A stretch of 63,974 nt of DNA, the filler included, from Octopus bimaculoides (taxonomy: Eukaryota), in assembly GCF_001194135.2 (NCBI RefSeq). It is 8 parts of 8 records of this genome, joined end to end, with 100 filler letters (N's around TTAATTAATTAA, not from the genome) between each part and the next. Parts side by side here need not be neighbours in the genome. Positions count along the whole stretch, not along the records: positions 51,404 to 62,862 come from NC_068995.1; positions 62,963 to 63,974 come from NW_026381703.1; 6 more parts are not named here. One strand, 5' to 3'. A program made the position numbers and the translations under genes. Shown here piece by piece: positions 53,036 through 63,974 of this stretch (positions are counted from its first letter, which is position 1; every line of letters begins with the position of its first letter). The notes beneath the pieces are model-generated. The model ran no database searches, was not told where the DNA came from, and was given only the letters and a program-made list of their open reading frames with translations.

Positions 53036-54009
53036 ACAATATAAATAGCATGTTGTTTTTTAACGTGGCCAGCTGGCTTGCGGGTTGCACTAACGATCAC
53101 GTGATTGTCGTATAGAATCCCAGACCGACAGTTACTTGTGTTCTTGACCAAAACACTCCATTTCTCGTTCTTCCAGTCCACTCAGCTTCTACAGATTGGC
53201 GTCCAGGACTGAGATGTTGAATCAGGAAAATCGTCCGAAAGAAGGTTTCGCGAGACATGTTTTGTATTTAGCGATCGAAATTATGAACAGCACAACCCAT
53301 GTTTTGAATCCCGAGTGGTTAGGATTGGGTGTTCCACGAAGATGAACGTGAATCAATCATCAGTATATCCAAGTAAAATAAGATAGAAACACACACACAC
53401 ACACACACGCACACACATATTTGTATATGTGTATATGTATATATATATATATATANNNNNNNNNNNNNNNNNNNNNNNNNNNNNNNNNNNNNNNNNNNNN
53501 NNNNNNNNNNNNNNNNNNNNNNNNNNNNNNNNNNNNNNNNNNNNNNNNNNNNNNNNNNNNNNNNNNNNNNNNNNNNNNNNNNNNNNNNNNNNNNNNNNNN
53601 NNNNNNNNNNNNNNNNNNNNNNNNNNNNNNNNNNNNNNNNNNNNNNNNNNNNNNNNNNNNNNNNNNNNNNNNNNNNNNNNNNNNNNNNNNNNNNNNNNNN
53701 NNNNNNNNNNNNNNNNNNNNNNNNNNNNNNNNNNNNNNNNNNNNNNNNNNNNNNNNNNNNNNNNNNNNNNNNNNNNNNNNNNNNNNNNNNNNNNNNNNNN
53801 NNNNNNNNNNNNNNNNNNNNNNNNNNNNNNNNNNNNNNNNNNNNNNNNNNNNNNNNNNNNNNNNNNNNNNNNNNNNNNNNNNNNNNNNNNNNNNNNNNNN
53901 NNNNNNNNNNNNNNNNNNNNNNNNNNNNNNNNNNNNNNNNNNNNNNNNNNNNNNNNNNNNNNNNNNNNNNNNNNNNNNNNNATAGCGAGAGAGAGAGAGA
54001 GAGAGATAA

Positions 54010-54078
<69 letters not shown>

Positions 54079-55224
54079 CAAACAGGTAGATAGATACCCA
54101 CATGAAGCTAATACCTCAAATTACATGGTATTATTAAAAATGAATCGCCACTAGTCGCATTTCGATGAGCGAGACGCTGAACATGTAGTCTTAATCCATT
54201 TACGTTAATTTTTAATTTTGTGTATTAAGAAACACAGAATACCTGACCACTTTAGTTTTTGCACTGGTTACTTCGGCATATCAACTCGTCTCCATTCAAT
54301 TTTTTTTTTCTTCCTTTATAATGTATGCTTTATCTGACAAATAATTTTAGAAGAACTCAATTATTTCAAGCATGTTAATCATAAAATATCGTTGAATAGA
54401 GATCGATAGACTTGAATCATACGTCATATTGAATATATAACTCTAAACATGTTTGCTAAATTTAATGTTGTATGAGTGAATGTGTTCCGAGCGGATAATT
54501 TTCTTCTTGGAAATGTCAACCTTGTATGAACAGCTATTCACGGCTCGTTTCAGTGTAAGTGCCTTCTCTTTCAGACAGTCTGCTGGGTAATAAATAACAC
54601 AGCAATGGCATTTTGTTCATAACTGCAAAATGGCAACATGTCCAATAGTTAACACAATGTGTTGAAAAATGGAAAGAATATTCTTTAGCATCAATATTAT
54701 TTTTCATCTATTTTATAATTTTAAAAACACACAGTCCTTCAATATTTTATACATTTCCTGTTTCTGTATGATATAACATTTAGCTGTAAATATACTATTT
54801 TCAAGTATTCCATACGATCATAAATTCTCATTTGTCTGTGTTCTTACAATTTATAACTTTAATGCATTATGTAAAGACACAATTTTGCGTAATTCAGGAT
54901 GATTCTTTCATGGATTCAGTATTTCATTAAGGACAGATTTATTTTAAATGATGTTTTTGAAAGAAAAACACGCTTCAACAACGCTATTTTTTTTAATAAA
55001 CTGGTGTAATTTGCAAAAGCATAGTCACTGTTTCCTTATATTGTTAACGCCTTTATTCCCAATTCCTTTGTTTCACTCACTTATACCGACTTTCATTACT
55101 CTAGAGTAATTTTAATTGCATTTATGTATTTGTTGTACAAGATTCTTGATGTGAAATAGTGTGTTGAAACACATGATTTTCCATCGGGAGCAAATTTGAA
55201 GAAATCACATCAGTTAAAACAAAC

Positions 55225-55735
55225 ATAATGGAAATACATTATTTACATTATTTACATTTGTCCTCATCTTGTTTGTCGTTAACACAACGTTTCCAGCCTT
55301 CATCAGGTGTCTTGGAGAAATTTCGAACCTGGGTTCTCATTCCTAAGGTATTTTTCGATATTATCATTATTATTATTATCATTATTATAAATATTTGTCT
55401 TATTATTCAAATAACTGCCTGGAATCAAACTCGAAATCTTGGGGTTAGTATGCTATTTATATCTGCACTCGGTCTGCTTAGGAGGTTGTTGTGTCCTAGC
55501 ATAAGTGTTGCTTCTTTTAGTTTTCGTATTTTCCAGTAGTGTTCTCTGTCTATTATTTTAACTTCATGCCACTGGGATGGGGGCATGTTTCGCCTTTGTA
55601 TAATCTATCACAGCTGCATGGGATGGAGTACATGCAGTTTTTGGTCATATTCTCGTATATTAGTGGTTTTACCCGAAAGAGATATTTGCGAAGTGTTGTA
55701 TTATTCTTGAATACTCTCCTGATGTCATATAGGCC
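55225..55735 (-). mobile_element. Penelope-like element 3' part: GIY-YIG endonuclease plus terminal repeat
   Basis: Translation GLYDIRRVFKNNTTLRKYLFRVKP...NCMYSIPCSCDRLYKGETC..WHEVKIIDREHYWKIRKLKEATLMLGHNNLLSRPSADINSI carries the PLE GIY-YIG motif. It is internally deleted after GETC and followed by the hammerhead-bearing repeat. Confidence 0.85.
55281..55311 (-). ncRNA. Defective hammerhead copy (stem II 3' arm deleted)
   Basis: Minus strand reads GACAC-CUGAUGA-AGGCUG-GAAAC-GUU-GUGUU. Flanks match the 41166 copy, but 15 nt are missing so stem II cannot form. Confidence 0.7.
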
Positions 55736-56256
55736 TATAGTGAGCTGTAGAGGTTCAGCATGTCTTCCACAGAGCTGCTTCCTTGTGGATATAATCAGTC
55801 CATTAGCGGGAAAGTCAACATCGTACATGAAGAATTCCACCCACTTTACAAAATTGATCAAGGATACCCCCCATTGAATCCAACCAAATGGTGAGTCTAG
55901 ATGTGATAAGTCTGTTCACCAAAGTCTCAACTGGTGAAGCACTATCGGTGTTTCATGAAAAACTAGTGACAGACACCTATCTAGTATAGCAATAAGAAAC
56001 CTTATGGAAATGTTGACCTTCTGCGTAGAAACTACCTATTTCAGTATGGACACTGATATATATCGACAAAAAGTGGGTTTAGCTACGGGTTCGAAATTAT
56101 CACCGTTAATAGCCAATATATACATGGAATATTTTTAGAATTTAGCTTTAGGATCAACACTACTAAAAGCAAAACCATGGCTGAAATGTTGATGACACCT
56201 TTATTCTCTGGCACCACCAGAAAGATGCCCAAGTGCTTTTACATCATGTGAACTCA
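55731..56256 (+). mobile_element. Penelope-like reverse transcriptase fragment (inverted relative to the EN part)
   Basis: Across frameshifts and stops it reads RPIVSCRGSA...KNSTHF...MVSLDVISLFTKV...RQKVGLATGSKLSPLIANIYME...VDDTFILW, i.e. PLE RT motifs. Confidence 0.9.
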
Positions 56257-56337
56257 AGATGCCACGCAGTGGGACTGAACCCGGGACCATGTGGTTGGTA
56301 AGCAAAGCTACTTACCACACAGCCACTCCTACGCCTA
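56255..56337 (-). mobile_element. SINE family A 5' fragment capping the PLE RT
   Basis: TGCCACGCAGTGGGACTGAACCCGGGACCATGTGG...CACAGCCACTCC. Confidence 0.85.
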
Positions 56338-56345
56338 TGTTAATT

Positions 56346-56410
56346 ATTTGCGATGTTCCTCTACCTTTATTTAGAGGGGTGGCATGATTCGCCTTTGTAT
56401 AATCTACCAC
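56346..56410 (-). mobile_element. Second short PLE GIY-YIG fragment
   Basis: Reads GRLYKGESCHP then, after a frameshift, VEEHRK. It shares GGCATGxTTCGCCTTTGTATAATCTA with 55582-55607. Confidence 0.65.
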
Positions 56411-58745
56411 TGCTGGAGCAATGTGAAATGAAATATTTTGCTCAAGAACATATACCCACTACGACATGCACCTCCTTACAAGCATACATATGTAGTACCA
56501 TTTGTATTTTTCACTCGTTTGAGATAATCGACTACGGCCATAGGGGCACACCGCCTTGTAAGGTTCCACGGGAACGAATTTAACATAATACTTATTGTAT
56601 CGGATATCATTTTTCCGAAACATTAAGATTTGGGGATGTAAATAAACAAACAAAGACTATCAAAAAATGTTAGGGCATATTTGGAGGTTGAGTCGTTGTG
56701 TGTATGTGCATGTGTGTGTGTATGTGTGTGCGTGTCTGTGTAAAATAATTATCTTTGCATCAACAATTACTCTCCTTTAAATATCTATTAGCTTAATTTG
56801 GATATTGATATTTATTATAAAATACCAATCCTGGAAATGTGACAACGTTACAAATTTCTAATGTCTGTATTTTAAAAGATTATATATCGGAACTCGCTTT
56901 TCGGACAGATCTATTTTGTGTGTGTGCGTACGTGTTATACACTTCAGCACTTTTCCTCAACTGAGTAGGTATACGTCATATTTCTCCATCTTTATTTTCT
57001 CCTTCAGACCAATTCGCAGTATTGACTTCTTTTGCAAGCCTATTAATTTTCACCACAGATTTCCGTCACCAACTATATTTTTAACGCTCTCACACCACAT
57101 ATTTCTGTCATAGCTCTCTTCCTCCATCTCTCCTCACTTATTCGTTTCAATTCCTTTATCATTTGATTCCTTGTCACCAAAACAACACATTATTTTCTCT
57201 CTCTTCTTCACTCTCAGATTAGAAGTAAAAAAATTTCATGCGTTTCATAATAAATAAACTTATCGAAATTTGAGGTAAATTACTCTAAAATTTATTTTTG
57301 CCGTCGAATTGCACCCTAACATTTTTTCTCGAAGAAAAGTATTTTTGCTAATTTCATATATAGAAAAGTAGCTATTGCTCTATATTTTAGTAAATGGTCT
57401 ACAGTAAAATTACACCAAAATATCTACACATCTTACATACTCTTTTAAACGTGGTTTTTTAGTGTAAATAATATGTATGAATTTTATGAATCTTTTTTAC
57501 ATACTGTATGTTCTACAGTACTATTAAAGTATTCAATCAGATTTTATATTCGGTCAGAGTTTGCAAGAAATTACCTCTGCGTAATAACTCATCAGCAAAT
57601 TTTTATGAGAACACGCCAATGCAAACGCGCTTGCCAACTGATTAACATGGTGAATAATAAGAAACACATATAATATAACTCCTTCGACTTTCATTTCTCA
57701 AATATTTCAAATGTTGCAATTTCTATCATCTTCAAATTGCCAGACATTAAGTCAAATATCACATGCAGATACGTATCTTTTCCAATTTGATATACGTCTC
57801 TTCTAATTACGTTGAGCAGACTCTATGTCCACTAGATGCAAATGCGTGTAAATATTATGTAAAATGCTTTACCAAATAGTCAAAACTTATCCGAAATCAA
57901 CTTGAATTTTTTAAAAGTATAATACCCGCAAACACCTATTTCTTAATTCGATGTAAAAGAAAATAGACTAATGAAACAAGATGAACGCAAATAATAATAA
58001 CTAATTACTTCCAAACTAATTATAATGACTCGAACTATTTTAGATATCAAATGCTATGATATTTTAATACTGCATGGAAAGTATTATTTATCTGAAGTCA
58101 TAGCGTTAACATCAGATACGTATTACGTTGTTAAGTCTTTTCCCCAAAGGAAGTAGCACTCTGTTACTAACGAAAGTAATACTAAAATTATGAATAAAAA
58201 ATGGTTATGCATTTCAGATGACAAACTATTAAGTTAAGGCTGATTTATGGAGATAAAATTGAAAATTTGCCCACGAATATTTATCGGGACTTCCAGCAGA
58301 AGATATATTTACAGTAATATTGCATTTCTCATATTTGCAAATACTTTTCCTCCATTTTACGTTTTTATTTTGTATTTTTGTTTTTCATTTATATAAACGA
58401 AATATTTCGACATTTCTGATGACATATTCAATTAGATGTCATTTAAATATGCAGATTTTGTAAATTTTGTGCATATAAAAACAAATATATATAAAATATT
58501 CACTTTGCATCGATCAGAAGTGTCACATTTAATCGAATCAGCGATCATTTGGAAGAGGTTTATATACTTAAAGATAGTATTTGCTACTTTATAATTTTTT
58601 CATTAAATCTTAAAATTTCGAGAATATCATTAACTTAAAATTGAAATATATCGAAATACATGCGTCTCATCTCTCTCTCTCTTACTCCCTGTCTCTGCCT
58701 TTCCCTTTGTCTCTCTCTCTCTCTCTCTCTAGTGAATGTATGTGA

Positions 58746-58813
<68 letters not shown>

Positions 58814-58919
58814 ATATATATATACATATATGTTTGCGTATATACATATATACGTATATATGCGTATAAATATATTTTCACACATGCATATACATATATG
58901 TACGCGCGCGCGCGAGCGT

Positions 58920-58957
<38 letters not shown>

Positions 58958-59244
58958 GAAGTACATACACGCGCACTCGTTTGTGTAAAATATTGCATCT
59001 TCTTTCTATGAATTACAGTCTGAAGAGAGCAACAGTAATCAAACTAAGTAACTAACTCTTTACAGAATACTGCACAACCTACTTGACTGCTTGCAATTCT
59101 AAAACAATCTCTTTCCCTTCTTATTTGTGATACACATTTAGAGCATTCGGAAGAGATCCGACGATCTGTATGCCTCCTTTATACAGGAACGGCTCGATGT
59201 ATTGGTGAATAGTCAACGGCTCGGAGACCATAGATATTAACGAT

Positions 59245-59900
59245 TGCAGTTGAGAAATAGTTAATTGGAAACCATCTGAATATTGGAAAAGTGTTACTTA
59301 TGTAATGATGATCGGCGATAGTTATCAAAATGCCGAACTCGTTATTTCTACTCAATGCTCTACAAACATTGAACAGACCGTAAGGTGTGAGATGGACAGC
59401 TGTTACGGAGACGAGCAAGCCGTGGAAAAACATAAAGTGTCACAGTAGGTATTTTGACTGTGTCCGCATGACGGATTTCATACCTACCTTCTTCAACAAT
59501 GCCTTAGACTCAATTCAGGCAGGTATATAAACCTGCTGGGGACGGGTTAATCCATGGCTGGAGCAAGTTATCGCTGAAAGACATATGCGTTGCAACAATA
59601 TTCAGCTCCTTTGCATACCTTTGGAAAGAGTCAGAAGTGGTTGTCGGGGAATTTCTATGTGTTCATCGGCCCCAATTTCTGATTTCCTAATTTCTTGATT
59701 GTAATGCATTGAATTACAATATGTGGAGCGTGTTTACAGCACCAAAGCCAAGCTGTTCGCCAAGATCAAGGAGAATATCTTCCCAGAAACAGAGTGTGGA
59801 ACGCATGCACCAAGTTCTGGAGGTGTCTTGAGGCTGTGGATGACGGTGAGAGTGCCTTATCAATATTCTAGTTCATATCTTTTGGATGGGGTACTGTGTA
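59245..59900 (+). mobile_element. Decayed, internally deleted maT-type element
   Basis: N-terminal WKPSEYWK...QNAELVISTQCS is followed by a catalytic part homologous to 37469-37917 (NPWLEQV, SQKWLSGNFY, KAKLFAKIKE). Confidence 0.7.
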
Positions 59901-61659
59901 TTCTGTTCCTTTTATGCTAACTGCCGAATTTGCGCCGATACTTCTGTGTGAGTGTCTATGTATATGATGACGGCTTTTTGTTTTTCTCGTCGGCAGTTTG
60001 GTCAAACTATTTGTGTCTTCGCAAGGTCAAGCGTTTCTGTTTGTTGACTTCCTGGTGACCTCCATTTCTTGTTGACCATGGTCAAGCAACAATTTCTGAA
60101 GGGTTGTATGTTTCGTGACTTCACTTATTCCGATCAAATATATTTTCTGTTTTGGACAAAATTGTTTTGTTTTATCAAAGTTTAGCGTTCTCCTAGGTTC
60201 GTGGTAGTGAGTCGGTAATTTGCTTTTCCCTGGTGGTCATCTAGCGTTCAGGAAGACACTACATGCTTCTTTTTTCTGAGCGTCCGGTTTTGATGAGAGA
60301 AAAATTTCACTGGTCTTCTGAGACGACGTGAACAACCGGTGTTTGAGGTGTGTGGTGTTATTGCAAAGTTATTTAGAATCGGGGCTTCGAATCCTTGATC
60401 ACGGATTTGTTGCCTGTGTGCCGCCAGTTTGTTTGTTGTTCAATGTGAGCAACAAACTATGTAGTCTTCACCACATTTACCACATTAGAGAACTGATTCA
60501 TACATATAGTTAATCATTATTTTATTTAGTTCATTTCTGTTGCATTGCATGTCCCCATATTGACATTGGTGTTATTTTTCTCCTTTCCCTTGTTTACCAC
60601 CTTTCTTCATGGAAACATTTACAGAAGAACTTCCACATATGTATACCGGTACATGCATTAGCATCAGCGTGAATTGTCGTTTGTTCATTAGCTGTTTTAC
60701 GTTTCGTTCTTCTACTTAATAACGGATTGTCAATTGGAATGCAACTTTCAACTAATTTTGCAAAAAGTCAAATTATGCTAATGCATTGCCTAATGCATCC
60801 CGTGAACTTCAGTTCTATGAAGTATTACACACAGCTAAATTTCACTCTGGAGACATAACGGCTTTTATCTGTCCCGTGTCTCTTCTTGTGAAAGATAAAA
60901 AAAAAGTTTTGTTCCATTGTGACATGTATTGAGTGCGCCGTATTGAAACATTTGTGCAATACAAAGAAGTCATCAAACAGAATAAATTATGAATATACCG
61001 ATATTCTGTATACATACCTATTCTATGTTTCTAAGTTCAGTCATTATTTGAAAAATTTGGTTGCTGATTTAAATATGTAAATGCTTACAAGTTTTCAACA
61101 AAAACCCAATATATTTTTCTACAATACTTATCAGTAAATTGAATAGTACTTCTTTAAACTAAAAAAAAATAACTTCATAGCTTTTGGTGTTTTGAAAAAT
61201 AGCCTCTAAATTTGTGTCGACATATTTAATTTATATAACGTAAAAAAATTACTAGAAACTGAAATGTATTGAGTTGGAAAATGATTAAATATTTAAGAAT
61301 GAACTGAATTTTAATATTTCCCTGGATATTAATTTGGTATGATAATATTTTTTTAGATATAGGAATTTTAATAGGATTTTAAATTTAATTATTATATTTG
61401 TCAGTGGATGTTTAAAAAGCTGATACTGTTTTACGATTTCTGAACAATGAGGACTTCAATGACCATTAGGAATACGTTCTTTAAATATATCATATTTGCA
61501 ATCATTGTAAAATCGCGTACATATCTACATAAAGTTTTGTTTTAATGAAGAAACTAATCTTGGAAATAAAACATTTTTATATAAGTTTTCAATGTTCTGC
61601 ATTTATTGTATTTTCAAATGCGAAATTATTTTATTTATGAATGTATATTTTTAGTTTGT

Positions 61660-61895
61660 GAGGGCACGTGATCTCGTGATTAGAGTATTCGAGAATTCGA
61701 TTCGAAGCGTCACGACGTGTCCTTGAGTGAGTCACTATTTTGTACGTTGCTTCAGTCTGTTCAGCACTTTGAAAACTACGTAAAACGTACGCGTGCCTGT
61801 GGAGTCCTCAACCACTTCTACGTTAATTTTACGTCCAAGCCATTCGGTTGATCGGATCAAGAGGAACACTTATCGTCGTAACCGTGGGAGTACCA
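61660..61895 (+). mobile_element. Diverged SINE with a family D-like 3' part
   Basis: CTGTGGAGTCCTCAACCACTT..ACGTTAATTT...GTTGATCGGATCA. Confidence 0.65.
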
Positions 61896-62821
61896 GAAAT
61901 TTGACTTTGAAAACATTCGATCAAATTATAACATAATTTCCATGTGGCTGAAAGTGACCGAAAGACTGCTCAAGATAAATTTTGTGGCAAAATGTCACAA
62001 AAAAAAACTCAAATACTATTCAGATGAACTTCACTTAGCTTCAATATAGAGTCTCATTTGAAGTTTTTGTTCATGGGCAAAGATATTCTTTGAGTCTATG
62101 GATTTATTAACGTATAATTTAACCGCTTCTAAAATATAAGGAGTTTAGTCGAAACTAAATCTAATTTAACTTTTATACTTTTCAACAGAAAAGAAGCAGA
62201 AGATATTTAAAAGAAAATGACACCAGATTTCTTGTGAAGTGTCCAATCAAACGTAAATACCATTAATAAATATTTCCATAAAGTTATAAAAGCTTTCATG
62301 ATTATGAGGTTAAAGGCAGCGTCAAACAATTCACTTCTTTAGTTCCATTCAGAGAACCACATGTTCTACAATAATCCCCTCACTACAACACTGTCATATA
62401 TATTCATAAAGAACATATTTGTCTCTTCAAAATTAAATGTTTTTTTGGTAAATATCTACAATATATTGCGTAATTCTTGCCAAATATCAGCCATATTTCC
62501 CAAAAATTTTTAACGAACTGCTGTAAGGAGATAAATCATATATTTCACAATCATATTAAATAGTAGGATTCTATGTAATAAGTGTTGACTTTTTGATTAA
62601 CTTCGCATGCACATCGAATATGTATGTAAGCATGTATATACATACCAATATATACACACACATATATATATATGAACATATATATAGGATGTATCTATAT
62701 ATATATATATATATGTATATGTATATATATGTATATATATCTATATATGTATGTATATATGTACTTATGCATGTATCTATCTATTTATCCATCTATCTAT
62801 CTATATGTATGTGTGTCTGTT

Positions 62822-62862
<41 letters not shown>

Positions 62863-63114
62863 NNNNNNNNNNNNNNNNNNNNNNNNNNNNNNNNNNNNNN
62901 NNNNNNTTAATTAATTAANNNNNNNNNNNNNNNNNNNNNNNNNNNNNNNNNNNNNNNNNNNNTGAGGAGCCACTGGGTCAGACAGACTTCCGGGTGTTTT
63001 TTCCTTTTCCTTCTCTCCGATTATATATAGATATATAACTTTTATAAGTAATATTCAAAAAGAAATATTCTAAAAGAATATATTGATGAGTTCTACGAAT
63101 TTATTAATGATATA

Positions 63115-63243
63115 AAAACACATATATACACATATATAAATATATATAAATATATATACATATATAAATTTATATATAAATATATATACATATATAAATT
63201 TATATATAAATATATATACATATATAAATTTATATATAAATAT

Positions 63244-63282
<39 letters not shown>

Positions 63283-63755
63283 TATAAATATATAACTATA
63301 TGTATAAATATATATAAATATATAAAAATATATATATATGAATATTTATAGAAATATTAAAAAATATATAAATATATATATATATAATTATATATATATA
63401 CATATACATATATATATAATTATATATATAATATATATATACATATACATATATATATAGATTTATATATATATATATATATACTTATACATATATATAT
63501 ATAGATTTATATATATATACTTATACATATATATATATAGATTTATATATATATACTTATACATATATATATATATAGATTTATATATATATACTTATAT
63601 ATATATACTTATACATATATATAGATTTATATATAGAGATTTATATATATATACTTATACATATATATATATACATATATATATAGATTTATATATATAT
63701 ACTTATATATATATACATATATATATAGATTTATATATATATACTTATACATATA

Positions 63756-63786
<31 letters not shown>

Positions 63787-63807
63787 ATATAAATATATAC
63801 ATATACA

Positions 63808-63841
<34 letters not shown>

Positions 63842-63974
63842 CATATACATATATATATATATATATAAATATACATATACATATATATAAGTATACATAT
63901 ATAAATATACATATATAAATATATATATAAATATACATATATATAAATATACATATACATATATATACATATAC
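63115..63974. repeat. TA-derived minisatellite region
   Basis: A 30-bp unit TATATATACATATATAAATTTATATATAAA is followed by variable units containing ACTTATACATATATATAGATTT. Confidence 0.9.

Noticed and set aside
57567-57655. Candidate terminal exon VCKKLPLRNNSSANFYENTPMQTRLPTD
   Set aside because: No upstream exons or homology to support it.
60048-60143. Minus-strand IYLIGISEVTKHTTLQKLLLDHGQQEMEVTRK, possibly a LINE ORF1 relic
   Set aside because: Protein-like but no diagnostic motif; left unassigned.

Overview
AT-rich, gap-ridden eukaryotic genomic DNA. The SINE families and microsatellite load resemble an octopod cephalopod (Octopus sp.); this is inference from recalled repeat sequences, not a database result. 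No host protein-coding gene, tRNA, rRNA or CRISPR array can be called with confidence, and most ORF-track entries are artefacts of N-runs or microsatellites. The window is mostly mobile DNA: several SINE families, R4/Dong-like and Tx1-like LINE fragments sitting in (AAT)n arrays, three maT-type (DD37D) transposase relics, two MITEs with TIRs and 8-bp TSDs, and Penelope-like elements (PLEs). Best observations: (1) a minimal type-I hammerhead ribozyme in a PLE terminus (41166-41211, minus), with a stem-II-deleted sister at 55281-55311; (2) a PLE whose RT and GIY-YIG halves are inverted at a 12-bp palindrome; (3) an unexplained in-frame 189-bp (63-aa) tandem repeat cut off by a scaffold join; (4) a Merlin-like MITE carrying a (CTAACC)6-(TTAGGG)4 fold-back; (5) a duplicated 93-bp exon-like segment containing a hairpin; (6) several near-perfect hairpins. 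Seven TTAATTAATTAA linkers mark artificial joins, so adjacency across them is not evidence. Repeat boundaries are approximate unless TIR/TSD coordinates are given.
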